Shown: positions 1 through 13,290, counted from the whole stretch's first letter. The stretch: DNA of 63,876 bases, filler included, from Octopus bimaculoides (GCF_001194135.2; 5 parts of 5 records of this genome joined end to end with filler, not necessarily neighbours in it), one strand, 5' to 3'. A program made the numbers and translations. Notes: generated by a model from the sequence alone, not told the origin.

Positions 1-151
1 ATAATAACACAGTCGCACCAGGCGCAACCTGGAGAGATCTGAAAACCAAATAGTACTGTTTTAGTAACTCTAACACTTGCTTTCTGTTAATAAATGGTTC
101 TGTATTCAATCTCAATGAACGGCATTTGGGGAAAATTTTACTACTATATCC

Positions 152-465
152 CCCGCCCGACCAAACTTTGTGAGTGGATTTTGTAGACGGAAACTGACAT
201 AATCTCGCAGCATGTGTGTGTCTGTGTGTGTGGGTGTGGGTGTGTGTATGTGCGCGCATGTGCTTATACGTGTGTTATTGTTTTTGTGTTTGTCCTCCGT
301 CAACCTTTCAAAACCAATGTTATTTACGCCCCCATTTCGGGAAAAGTGACTGGTGAAATAAGAACCGGGCTTAATAATTAAAAAGGGGGTTGATTCGTTC
401 AACCCCTCCATGAGATGCACCAGCGGGACCCACAGTCCAACGACTGAAACAAATAACAGATAAAT
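152..465 (+). mobile_element. Degenerate SINE family A copy (internal microsatellite type)
   Basis: Has ccgaccaaa..ttgtgagtggatt..gtagacggaaactga, a (TG)n tract and a 3' cagtccaacgactgaaacaa, matching the other family A copies. Confidence 0.65.
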
Positions 466-1179
466 CGTACCAAATACAATGACATTTATAAACTCTAATG
501 AAACGAGTAAAGATAGACTGAACAGAAGATATCGTCTACATGTGAACGCAGAATTGTAAAATCAAGAACAAATGCCACAAGGCATTTTCTACAACACACT
601 AAATATTCCGACACCGGCACCTTTTTCTTCTCATTACTGTGATAATTGCAATGATTGAAAAACAAATTTCGTCTCACAGACTCGACTATAATATCCAGAA
701 CTTGACTATAAATTACTTGGCCTCGAGTTATTTTTATAAATTTTCTAAAGTGATGATTTATGTTGCCTAGCCGTTGTTTAAATTTCTTGTAAGATACTAT
801 TTAATGGTCGTTAAGAAGACTGGCAAAAGTATGTAAATATATTTATAGTTGTCGAAGACGAGTAATAAATTCTGAACAATAAGGCCAAAGACATATGAAT
901 CATTTCCAACGCAGGATAATTGGAGTTCATATTTGGCTGATTGAATTCAGAAAAATTCTACAACTTTTCCTTCAGAAAGTAATTTTGATGTCTTTTTAAC
1001 ACATACGTGTGTTTCATACACACACACATACATACATACATATATGCAAGCATTCACGCATACGTGAGGGTGTATATGTGTGTGGAGACAAAGACAGACC
1101 GCAGAAACTTCCGACAACATCTTAAGCTGCAGTGCCCACTTGAATAGCAAATCTGTCATTGTCTGCATAACATCCTCCT

Positions 1180-1660
1180 CGATCCTCAGAAGTTTCCGAT
1201 CTGGAGACGCTGTAAAACATAACCATTCTCTTCTCTACTCTCGCCCATCCTCACTTTCAAAACTCTTTTCAGTTGTTGTCCCTCTGTACGGAGCAAAATA
1301 TAATAATAGAAGCATCCGAAAGATCAATCATGAAAAAATGGATGATGTGATATTGGGATTGGCACGTAAGTACTTTAATAATTGTATGATGTGGAAAATA
1401 TTCCAACACCATCCTCCATATGCTGTCTCTCGTCGTACCATCCGTCATCTACAGGAATGATGCTAGCGTCACACAACTCGAAGACAGAAGTATTGCACCT
1501 CAAAATGGCTCTGCTCCATTTTGCATCATCCCAAAAAGTTCTCATCACATACAAACGGTTGTTGGATGAATATCTCCCACAGATTCCAGATAAAGTTCCT
1601 ACAACAGGATATGTATTTGCAGAGAATAACTCAGCCCAGAGTATGAAATATCATTAAATG
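1180..1660 (+). mobile_element. Decayed non-LTR retrotransposon (CR1-group) RT C-terminal fragment
   Basis: Frameshifted motifs similar to YCSQLWSP, MWKIFQHHP and LLDEYLPQIPD..TTGY..AENNS, typical of the post-RT tail of CR1-group LINEs. Confidence 0.5.
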
Positions 1661-2953
1661 TCTTTTCCAGGCAGTGCTATTCAATTATTAGTCAAGTTCT
1701 GAGCCAATACAAAGGCGAAACATGTCGCGCCCTCAAAATAAGGGTAGAAGAACATCNNNNNNNNNNNNNNNNNNNNNNNNNNNNNNNNNNNNNNNNNNNN
1801 NNNNNNNNNNNNNNNNNNNNNNNNNNNNNNNNNNNNNNNNNNNNNNNNNNNNNNNNTCATATCATATATGCATATATATACTTCCATGCTATTGTCGTTC
1901 CACTACACTTCTCGTCATTCGTATGATCCATGTTTTAAATCTATATTTCACATAAACCGTGGAGTAACAATAAATATTTGTTTGTGCTGGATTTCTTTTA
2001 TTGAATGATAAACAATGGCATACAGCCACACAATTATTTTTGATATGTGAAAATAATAATTGTGTTATTTGGACACAACCGATGCTGTGTATGGGTGAAT
2101 GAGTTGATATTTAATCCTCATTCGTTGTTTGTGGTTTGAAAGATTAGACAGAAACAGTGATAGATTGTTCTTGTTTTGAAGTTTAGTTTAGAATTTAGGT
2201 GTGAGAGCATAGAATCTCTACACTCGACGACAGCCAGTCTTGATAGTTTAGTTGCTCGCAGTATCCCAAGAGCAATATTTTGAGGCTGTTTTCAAGGCAG
2301 TTATCTCTCAACGTCTACGTTAATCTAGTTCTCCGAAGATAATGCAAGATGATAAAATTTACTTTGGTAACAAATTGTCTTCTGCAAATAACATTGACGA
2401 ATGTCTGTTACAAGTCGACTTGTCATGGCGAACACTTACGATCCTCTACTCTGTCATAAGACTTCCTAGACATAGCACCGTAATGTCCCTTGCATCTTAC
2501 AGCTTATGCAATATCTCATACATCTTATCTTATCATTTTAATCTACAAGCATAATTTGGAGAATATTGTTTTGGTAATATATTAGAACGAGCTAGTCACA
2601 GCTGGAAGGTTTGCATGAAGTTAAACAATTACAACAATGAAAACGTATTCCTGTTACTAATCTACATGAGTATATGTGTTCTCAACCAATATTCTGACGT
2701 GTTATACAATTAACTGCCAGGGTTTTGGATGGTTAAATTTATCCACAGACAAATACAAACTTCAGAGATGATTAAATTTAGCTGTAAATACGCAATATCG
2801 ATACTTATCATGCAACCATGGCTAGAAAATCGCTTTGGTTTCGGGTTTCATATTTCAGCACAGCATCCCGGGCAACTGGCTTCTATTGTTGCCCCAGAAC
2901 GACCAATGACATGAGGATGAATGTGGTACACAGAAACTGTGTGGAAGCTTGTC

Positions 2954-3002
<49 letters not shown>

Positions 3003-3069
3003 TTAATTCTATCTACTGAAACTTACTAAAAAACATATTTTGCTTTAAAATAGTATCTCCTTGCAGACA

Positions 3070-4064
3070 CAATTGTCAGTAATCATACTGTTTCTATTTC
3101 TCACAGCTATTATTGTTACATAAACCTACTTTCNNNNNNNNNNNNNNNNNNNNNNNNNNNNNNNNNNNNNNNNNNNNNNNNNNNNNNNNNNNAGAAAAAT
3201 TGTGTCGGAAGATATATTCCAGTTTGTTCAAAAGGCTGTCCTTGTGCCTTGTTGCACGCCAAGGCAAAACCTGGCTTGTCAGGAAATTGTTTGCGAGTAA
3301 ATGAAAATATAAATTCCATTTCTTGAGACACATGTGGATGTGGTATTCTTGGAATTAGCAGAGTTGACCTTGCATAAAGACCCGAAACAATCTCAGCCTC
3401 AATAGCATGATCATGTAAAGTGACAATGATGTAGTGTGTGCCATTGCAATATCCATCAGTAGCATCTAAATTTCTCTGAAGCATTATGCATCGTTTTTTT
3501 CTTCAGGTTCAGAATGTGTGATGGAAACCCTGATGTGGTGTAAGTTTGTTGATGAACTCGATTAGGTAAAGAGTTTCATTATCAACTGCGTCTGAGCTTC
3601 TGTATATTTTTAGCTCACCAGGGATCATGGTCATCAGAGAATCATTCACAAATTGTGCTGCTTCGTTTGTTGACGTAATGATTGTTCTATTTGCAAGCAA
3701 TACAGGGTTTGTGAAGTTATTTTTGAGGTCAGTAAATACAAAATCACGTAGATCTGAAAGGGTACCACTTTCAAGGTAAGGGTCATTGGGTAGTTTGATT
3801 TTGAATTAATTTCTTACATCAATAAGGTAATTAGTAAATTCCCTTTCATCAGAATGACGGACCTTCTGTAAGAAGTTTTAGATTTGTTGTCAACTTCATT
3901 ACTTCTACATGATCGGAAAGGAAAGATCTCTTTAGTGTTGCATCAAAAATTTGTGATCTGACACCATTATTTTGAAGTAGAATATTCTCCCTTCGAGACA
4001 TCCTAACCAATCGGTCATGTGCAGCGGAAACAAAATCATGTCCTCGTCTCTTTTTCAGTCGCAT
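3070..4064 (-). mobile_element. Helitron PIF1-like helicase C-terminal fragment (pseudogenised)
   Basis: ATLKRSFL..HVEVMKLTTNL; IITSTNEAAQFVN...IPGELKIYRSSD; MLQRNLDATDGYCNGT...LLIPRIP...FTRKQFP.KPGFALACNKAQGQPFEQTGIYLPTQFF; and a terminal TDNCVCKEIL (cf. TxNIVYKEIL). Frameshifted. Confidence 0.9.
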
Positions 4065-4176
4065 ATTATATACATATGAAAGCTCGTTAAAAAATTATAT
4101 TGTTTAGCGTGCTAGAAATAGCAGCGATCACATAGCCATTATTGTAAGGCTTATAGCATTCCAAGTAACCATACTA

Positions 4177-4470
4177 ACAAAATCACTACTTCATTAAGAA
4201 CAAAAAATTAAAGCAGTATATTAAAGAATTTTCATTTTATCAAAAATATTTATTTAATAAACCCCGGAAACTGACAATATTCTTAAAATTGTGCTTCGTA
4301 TCAAAGTTATAGAACTATTTTATGTAATAGCACGCATTCATTCAACACAAAATCACTTAAAAATTATACCAGTATATTATGAAAATTCCATTTTGTCAAA
4401 GATATTCATAAAAAAACCTCCGGAAACTGGTAATTTCCTTAAAATTGTGTCTTGTATCAAAGTTATAAAG
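4177..4470. repeat. Two-copy imperfect tandem repeat (about 160-170 bp unit)
   Basis: aaaatcact...ccggaaactg..aat.t.cttaaaattgtg..tcgtatcaaagttata occurs twice. Confidence 0.7.
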
Positions 4471-7044
4471 CTAATATTAAATTATCATTAATACAAATAG
4501 AGACGTGCAGGAACGAGAGACTGTTGCAAATAAAAATATAAAATGTTGCATGCAAAGAATTAAAAGTGTTTATTATTAAACATTAAAATCTACTCCACAG
4601 TGAATGCAATGAATATTTAAATTTATGAAGAATTGGACGCAGTGAATGCTATGAATATTTAAATTTGCAAGAATTTGGAGTTTAAATAATTCAATAAATT
4701 TCAGAAATCGAAATTATCAGAAATTTCTTAGAACATGAATTGAAACTAGTTGAATAGCATAACAAATGGACAAAACGCTCAATGAAACTTTATATAATTC
4801 TCTATCTGTTTAAAATAGCAGCCAAATTTCTTATGAATCACCGAGAACAGTTTCAACCCACTGTGGTTAGAGGGGAAATTCTCTGTTCATTCGTCGTTAA
4901 GATTAACACTAATCTGAGCTTAATAACAGCTGCAAAAGCACATGCTAATGCATTTAAAAAGCTAAACTGGGTTGTAGCATAGCTAGACTCGATTTCGGAG
5001 TATAATACATCTAAGACATAAATATTTCTCGATGGTAGACCAGCCTGCAGTCTCCAGCAGTTATTTTCGACAGTTTTGTAAGTTCACCTAAAATGGAGGA
5101 AATTTTACCCACTCAAAAAACACAATGAAAAATGTCTGGAAAAGGTTTGAATTCCGAAACTGTGAATTGTTATTTCAATGCATTATATTATTCAATCTTC
5201 AAATCTTCAAATTTGTCGTTATATCCGTAAACAATGAAATCTTTCTCTGTCTCCCTCTCTCTCTCACACACACATACACGCACTCTTTCTCTCTATCTCT
5301 CCCTCCCTTGCAAACACACTCATACGAACATACACAGAAAAGAAAAGTCGCAACGTCTAACCACACAGTCGCAGTCCTATCGAAGCCCTATCTCATACGC
5401 AAGACGAATGCGTACTGCCATATGATCACACAACACACATCCCACTTAGAGCACACACATACACATATACACAAACACGCACGCACACACATTCACACAT
5501 ATTGACTCATTGAAAGAATGCACCTACCCAGCTCCAAAGTCACATCATGAGCTACGAACAAAATCATTCACCAAGAAGAGAAAAATGCTATTACAAGTTG
5601 ATATATTAAATTTAATGGTCAATATATTCTTGCCTAGAGATGATAAGTGTCTTTTGTGTAGAGCCTGAAACAATATAGCACACGCTATCAGAATTTCTTA
5701 CGCTAGCATTGCTAATATATACTTTAGGGACTCACTAGCAATAATTCTGCTTTAAATAATCCTAAATACTTCCGTGTATTTATTTACACACGTACATACA
5801 CACAAACACACTCACGCAAACACACTCACACAAAATACACTCACACAAAAGCACAAGTAACAATAATGTCTTACTATGATACAAAGCTACATTTCTTTCG
5901 TTGAGTGATTTAATGAATAGAATTAGACCCACTCGATGACAATCTACATTATTTTAATGACGGAAAGGTCACATAGGAAGGTCTACAACGATGATATTCT
6001 AAACCCACAAAGAGACTGAAAAACATTCTAAAAGAGCTGCCAAATGTTTCCTGATGTAATACAGGCAATAACATTTATTCTGTATTGGCAATGTCTTATT
6101 TAAGAGAACAAACATGCATATACGTCGTATCGATGGACTTCTCGAAGGTTTAGACAAGATACCAATGCTAGTTTTATTCAGCAAGCTGCCATATTGATAG
6201 TTGATATGCTGATAGAGTATAGACTATTAGTTTCTGGCATTATACTCCTGCCAGTGTATATATAGTCACTCTGCTAAACTTCTAGAAACCCCACAGAAGG
6301 TCTTATTTAACCAACACAATAAACAAACGATCGATTACTTAGCTGGTTAGATATTTAAGTAACTGGCTAACAATTAAGGTGTATTGAACCAGTGCGTGTG
6401 CTTACTATTATTGGCGTAATAATCCCCACAAGACACAATACGATCTGTTTGAACACACGAATTCACATTAAGATCTTGCAAATCAAATACAGAAACGAAA
6501 TATCAATATCATTCTTGAATTAAGCACATTATGACAGCTAAAATTTATTTCATCACCTCATTTCATCACCTATAAGTGGAATGATATAATAAAAATTATG
6601 TGAAGGTATTCACAGATATGTATAAGGATGGACAAAGCTACTTACCAACAATTGGTAATGAGTATTGTAAAAGGAATAACACAGAACATTTAAACTGAAA
6701 ATTTCATGTTTATTTCTCAAGGTGTGTCCATCTCAGTTTCCTTTAAAGAAAGAGCATACTTGATATATTTCCCAAACCAATAATAAAGATGCAACACTAC
6801 AAAGCAAACAATATTACATTTTATCATGTGCTTGTCTCAGTCATTGAACGATGGTCATGTAGTTGAAGCCACCTTGATGGGTTTTTACTGTCGAATGAAC
6901 TGGCAGCAGAACCTTTTGTTTTTTGAAGCCTATGTGTTAAACTATTGTTCTGTTGTACTGAACCACGAATGTTACAGCGACAATAACAAACCAACATCGA
7001 TTGTCAAGCAGTATTGGTGGAAAGGCATAAATACTAGGTCTCAC

Positions 7045-7098
<54 letters not shown>

Positions 7099-9611
7099 GC
7101 ACACATACATACAAATATACATATATANNNNNNNNNNNNNNNNNNNNNNNNNNNNNNNNNNNNNNNNNNNNNNNNNNNNNNNNNNNNNNNNNNNNNNNNN
7201 NNNNNNNNNNNNNNNNNNNNNNNNNNNNNNNNNNNNNNNNNNNNNNNNNNNNNNNNNNNNNNNNNNNNNNNNNNNNNNNNNNNNNNNNNNNNNNNNNNNN
7301 NNNNNNNNNNNNNNNNNNNNNNNNNNNNNNNNNNNNNNNNNNNNNNNNNNNNNNNNNNNNNNNNNNNNNNNNNNNNNNNNNNNNNNNNNNNNNNNNNNNN
7401 NNNNNNNNNNNNNNNNNNNNNNNNNNNNNNNNNNNNNNNNNNNNNNNNNNNNNNNNNNNNNNNNNNNNNNNNNNNNNNNNNNNNNNNNNNNNNNNNNNNN
7501 NNNNNNNNNNNNNNNNNNNNNNNNNNNNNNNNNNNNNNNNNNNNNNNNNNNNNNNNNNNNNNNNNNNNNNNNNNNNNNNNNNNNNNNNNNNNNNNNNNNN
7601 NNNNNNNNNNNNNNNNNNNNNNNNNNNNNNNNNNNNNNNNNNNNNNNNNNNNNNNNNNNNNNNNNNNNNNNNNNNNNNNNNNNNNNNNNNNNNNNNNNNN
7701 NNNNNNNNNNNNNNNNNNNNNNNNNNNNNNNNNNNNNNNNNNNNNNNNNNNNNNNNNNNNNNNNNNNNNNNNNNNNNNNNNNNNNNNNNNNNNNNNNNNN
7801 NNNNNNNNNNNNNNNNNNNNNNNNNNNNNNNNNNNNNNNNNNNNNNNNNNNNNNNNNNNNNNNNNNNNNNNNNNNNNNNNNNNNNNNNNNNNNNNNNNNN
7901 NNNNNNNNNNNNNNNNNNNNNNNNNNNNNNNNNNNNNNNNNNNNNNNNNNNNNNNNNNNNNNNNNNNNNNNNNNNNNNNNNNNNNNNNNNNNNNNNNNNN
8001 NNNNNNNNNNNNNNNNNNNNNNNNNNNNNNNNNNNNNNNNNNNNNNNNNNNNNNNNNNNNNNNNNNNNNNNNNNNNNNNNNNNNNNNNNNNNNNNNNNNN
8101 NNNNNNNNNNNNNNNNNNNNNNNATATATATATATATATATATAATCCTCTTACAAAGGTTTGGTCGGCGATAGTAGAAGACTGAAACTGAAACCATATG
8201 ACTGAGAAGCAAAGCTCTTTCCATTCGTTAGATACGTTATGATAATTTTCTCGAAGCTCAGTGTAATAATGTAATAGATCAAGTAATGTAAAAAAGAAGA
8301 ATGTTAACACCATAAACAATTATGTTATCAAATGTCTCGGCTTGAATGTAGTTGGTTTTAATTCAAAATATATTGAAGGGTATTATTTGCGCTGTTGCCC
8401 CTGTTAGTATTGCTACTACGTCTGGTAATATCCTATGTTCTTGTGTTGATAGTGGGAATAATTAGGAATTGATAAGGTCATAAATTGCCGGAGAAGCTTT
8501 AAGTTAATTTAGAATGAATGGAATTACTTCTATTAATTACAAAATGAAAGTTGTTTTTCTAGTTCAATGGCTTCCAGTGTGAATAGTTCGCTGATGTTTC
8601 AGCAGAAACGCTAAACCCACCGGCTTGTTTTATTTTAAGAAACGACGAAATTACTACCAGAGGGTCTCAGGAAAGTCATTAACTATTGTTTCTACCTTTC
8701 AATCAACACGCTGCTATAAAGCTATTAAATATTCATAGTACAAGTGTGATTTTAAAACACGTGAAACTAACCACCCAGTGTATTTAAGAACAAAATACTT
8801 GTGATCAATATCTACATTAGATAAATAGTTTAATCATGTTTAGTTGAGAGAGTAGACTGAATGTGTCTTATTTGTCAATATATTAATTGGATTTGAAGCA
8901 GGATGTTTTATTTATTGGAAAGAAGGCTACACCTAGTCATGGTTTTGGTGCACTCAGCAACACTTTGATCTAAATTATACCAGAATCTTTCCCTTTCTAA
9001 CATTGTTTAGCTCTGTCACAGTTCTTATGGTAAGAGTCTATGATTTAAAAGGCATTATAGTGTTTTGTAAGTATGGAACAATAATAGAAGCTCAATGTAC
9101 GCAACTGAATTAAAATTCAATTTAAATAACCAGCCACATATACACCATTGAAGAATAAGAAATTTCGCTTTTCGTCCGAGATAAAATACCTAATAGACAT
9201 GGCGTGTTAAATACATATATGAAACAAATGACAGAGACGGAAAATGGAATACACGGGAAACATTATTGCTTACAATGATCATTTTGACATCTCCTGCATT
9301 GAACTTCGTGGGTAGGAAACTATATTGCAAAATGTGGTGCATCCGTCGGTGCAGAAGCGTCCCGTCAGGTGATGTAATAAGAGGTATTTCATTAAATGAA
9401 CTCTGTTTCGCTCGGATTTAGTGCAATATGTTGTAGGTTTGAGCCGTTGGGCTGGAATGGTGAGGGACCAATTCCGTGGCAAAGTTATTGATACAGACAG
9501 GGGGTAATGAAATAATAATAATAATAATAATAAGTAACACATTAGATGTGTCAGTACCCAGGTATAGTTACTTCTACACCCACACTCGCGGTCCTCTGTA
9601 CACACACACTC

Positions 9612-9722
9612 GCTCATATGGGTAGTTAATCAGATGTCATTGAATTACTCAGTGATTCTTGTGTCCTGCTGTGATGCAAGGCTGGACAATCTCATGATAT
9701 CTAGCTAACTACTCATATGAGC
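9612..9722 (+). other. Inverted repeat / predicted structured hairpin
   Basis: 29-nt arms gctcatatgggtagttaatcagatgtcat and atgatatctagctaactactcatatgagc; two small hairpins in the 53-nt loop. Confidence 0.6.
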
Positions 9723-10659
9723 AAGGACGCCTCTACGAGGACAACTGATACGTTTTTATAATACAAATTATTGACGTACCACAGTACTGAATTTCAAATA
9801 ACTGCCACATCCTCTAATATCACATACCCCGGCCTTACAAAGGAACAACAGGAGACATAAGAATATTGGCAAAAAAAGAAAAATATATAGATTGTCAAAG
9901 CCGTAATAACAATGGCATGAGGTGTATACAATCTGAGTTGCCCTGATGTTAAGTAGCAGCAGTTGCAATAGCGGTAGGAGCAGCTGTAACAACAACAACA
10001 AGAAAGACATCAATGATGTTTGCTTGAACATCGGATAGATTGGCGTGTACAAATTTCGTGGTTATTCATATTGTGATGCAGAAGTGTAAAACATACCCGG
10101 TAGTGTCGACAAATTTGCTTAGATCTGTAAGTTGATTACTAACTTAGAACAACATTAGTTTCATAACTTCTTCATCTAGGGAGCTAGAGTAAAATCTTAT
10201 CATTTGAACACAGTGGTAAGGTGTCAGTTATAGAATCGGCATGAACTTTTGAAGTCGGTATCACAGAAATCCAATTCTCAGTATGGGAAAAATTCAACAC
10301 TTACACAAGCAGACAGAGACTTTTAGATACGCGCATACACATATAGGTGTGTGAGTGATAGTATATACACACATTCAAACGTAACTAAGCTACATTGTAT
10401 TTTCAAGCCACAGCCATCCGTTGGCAATATTCAGACTGGTGTTAAACATATTGGAATGGGACAATTGTTTTCTTTATGAATATTGTTTCCGTCGTTTGGT
10501 TTCAAATGTTGCTTTAATGAGTTGTCTCTTCTCGTTTCATCCGCTAATTTGTTCATTGTTCGTTGCTTCCTTTTCTGGCCAGCACTGTTGATTTTTCAGA
10601 TCTGGAATCCTTCTATACTTGTACTCCTACAGTGTATTTCTAAAAAATTGTACATCGGT

Positions 10660-10829
10660 GCAGGAGTGGCTGCGTGTTAAGAAGCTTGCTTCCCAACCAC
10701 ATGGTTCCGGGTTCAGTCCCACTGAGTGGCACCTTGGGCAAGTGTCTTCTACTGTAGCTTCAGGCCGACCAAAGCATTGTGAATGGATCTAGTAGAGGTA
10801 AAATGAAAGAAGCCCGTCGTATACATCTA
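10660..10829 (+). mobile_element. SINE family A, 5' half (tRNA-like head), interrupted by a mariner
   Basis: A-box-like tggctgcgtg, B-box-like ggttcagtccc, then ggcaccttgggcaagtgtcttctac and aagaagcccgtcgtata. Confidence 0.85.
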
Positions 10830-12018
10830 TTAGGTCAACAAGTATGAATTTAGTAGAAAAGAAAAATAAGTTTGCAATTGTTTTATAAATAAAAGGAATA
10901 GTTTTACTTATCAAAATATGCACCCATATTGTCAATACACGTTTGCCATTTCAGCGATAGTTTGTTCAGCCCTGAACTGTAAAAGCCTGGAAATCTATAG
11001 TCAATAAAATCTTGGAAGGCCTGTTTTACAGCATCGTCAGAATTAAAAGATGTTCCTATCAAAAAGTCATCCAAATTCTGGAAGAAGTGGTAGTCAGTGG
11101 GGACAAGATTAGGTGAGCGTGGTGGAGAACTTCCAACTCCAAGTCCTGTAGTTTCGCCAATGTCATTTTTGCGATGTGTGGTCTGGTGTTGTCTTGCAAT
11201 AAAATGGGAGTGCATCTGTTGACTAATCTAGGCCGTTTTTTTGTGTCTGCATCATTTGGTCTATTTGGCTGCAGTTTACTTTGGCCGTGATTGATGAACC
11301 AGGTTTAAAGAAATCATAATGGATTACACCTGCGCCAGACCACCAAACACCATCAGCTTCCTTTGATGAATTTTGCTTTTTGGACTGTGTTTTGGTGACT
11401 CGTCTTTGTCCAACCATTGTGCTGAACGTTTACGGTTATTATATTGGATCCATTTCTCATCACATATTACAATTCGATTCAAAAATGATTCATTTTTGTG
11501 ACGTGAAAGTAGAATAATGCAGACTTCCAAACGTTGCAGTATCTGATTTTCATTGAGTTCATGTGGAACTCACTTATCCAACTTTTTCACTTTACTGATT
11601 TGAACTAGATGAGTCAGTATTGTTTGCTTGCTAACACTAAACAACTCCGATATTTCAGTGGCTCTTTGAGACGGATCTGACTCGAAGCTTGTTTTCAGTT
11701 TGTCATTATTCACCTCTGTTTCTGGTCGACCGCGTTGCTCATCTGTGAGGTGAAAGTTACAAGTACGGAATTCAGCAAACCAATTTAAAACTGTCTGCTG
11801 AGTAATAACATTAGAATGAAATACTCGATTAATATTCCGTGCTGTCTGCGATGTTGTATTTCCAAGAAAGAATTCATACTTCAAAACTGTACGAATTTCC
11901 GACTTATGCATCTCTAAACAAAATAGCAAAAAGCGATTTATTAATACTTCACATAACGCAAAATGAACATCTGCCAAAGTTTAGCATATACCTTACTACA
12001 AATTTCATACTTGACGAC

Positions 12019-12022
<4 letters not shown>
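10830..12022 (-). mobile_element. Near full-length mariner (DD34D, Hsmar1/cecropia-like) with a decayed transposase
   Basis: TIRs ttaggtcaacaagtatgaattt / aaatttcatacttgacgacctaa flanked by TA. Peptides GRPETEVNND, KVKKLDK(W)VPHEL, IVICDEKWIQYNNRKRSAQWLD, SPNLVPTDYHFF and KWQTCIDNMGAYFD. Frameshifts present. Confidence 0.95.
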
Positions 12023-12056
<34 letters not shown>

Positions 12057-12375
12057 NNNNNNNNNNNNNNNNNNNNNNNNNNNNNNNNNNNNTGTGTGTG
12101 TGTGTGTGTGTCTGTGTGTCTGTGTGTGTGTCTGTGTGTCTGTGTGTGTGTGTGTGTGTGTGTGTCTGTGTGTACTTATGTGTCTGTCTTTGCCCCCTCG
12201 CCATCGCTTCACAACCGATGTTAGTGTGTTAATGTCCCGGTAACGAGCGGTTCGACAAAAGAGAACGATTGAATAAGTACTAGGCTTACAAAGAATAAGT
12301 CTTCGGGTTGGTTTGTTTAACTAAAAGCGGTGCTCCGGCATGGCCACAGTAAAATGACTGAAATAAACAAAAGAA
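12023..12375 (+). mobile_element. SINE family A, microsatellite centre and 3' half (continuation of 10660-10829)
   Basis: (TA)n/(TG)n, then ccatcgct..acaaccgatg...gaataagtactaggcttacaaagaataagtc...gcggtgctccggcatggcc...aaatgactgaaa. Confidence 0.85.
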
Positions 12376-12791
12376 TTAAATAATGCTTTTCATTGGCCGA
12401 TGTTGTTGTCATTCAAACTTTGTTTATGTCGATTGCAAAATCATATCGTGTTTATCTAAAATTTCTGTTGATTGTTGTAGAACTGTTTACTTGCTTATCT
12501 GTTAATCATTAACATGTTTTAATTTTTTTCCTGCAGCCGCCGGTAGTTTACATTTCTCATGTTCTGTTTAGCTAACGATGTCGTGCAGTCTAATTTGTTC
12601 AAAGAATACTGTTTTTGCCTCTATATTTAGGATAACTTATAATATCTGATTTCAACGGTTGTCTGTATACGTGATTTCAAATTCATTTGTTGTCCTGTCT
12701 GTATTAAAGTTTCAGCTCCTTCTTCTTCCAAAACTGGTGAACAGTTTGATGTTCAACCTGTTTGCAGTCCGAATCATCTCTTTTTTTTGTT

Positions 12792-13290
12792 AGGCGCAGG
12801 ACTGGCTGTGTGGTAAGTAGCTTGCTTGCCAACCACATGGTTCCGGGTTTAGTCCAACTGCGTGGCACCTTGGGTAAGTGTGTTCTACTATAACCTCGAG
12901 CCGACCAAAGCCTTGTGAGTGGATTTGGTAGACGGAAACTGAAAGAAGCCTGTCGTATATATATATATATATATATATATNNNNNNNNNNNNNNNNNNNN
13001 NNNNNNNNNNNNNNNNNNNNNNNNNNNNNNNNNNNNNNNNNNNNNNNNGTGTGTGTGTGTGTGTGTGTGTGTGCTTGTGTGTCTGTGATTATCCCGCCAC
13101 CATCGCTTGACAACCGATGCCGGTGTGTTTACGTGCCCGTAACTTATCAGTTCGGCAAAAAGAGACCGATAGAATAAGCACTAGGCTTACAAAGAATAAG
13201 TCCTGGGGTCGATTTGCTTGACTGAAGGCGGTGCTCCAGCATGGCCGCAGTCAAATGACTGAAACAAGTAAGAGAGAGAGAGTAAAAGAG
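12792..13290 (+). mobile_element. Full SINE family A copy
   Basis: tRNA-like head, internal (TA)n-gap-(TG)n, and the conserved 3' domain ending aaatgactgaaacaagtaagag. Confidence 0.9.

Noticed and set aside
2200-2720. Possible RT remnants on the minus strand (SRKSYDRV, MLFAED); similar ILGP/KFVDD at about 40930-41070
   Set aside because: The motifs are too short and wrongly spaced for a confident call
6826-8319. Long ORFs spanning N-runs (also 19393-20566, 24669-25133, 26362-26984, 44852-45468 and others)
   Set aside because: They are open only because N codons and (TA)/(CA) repeats contain no stops
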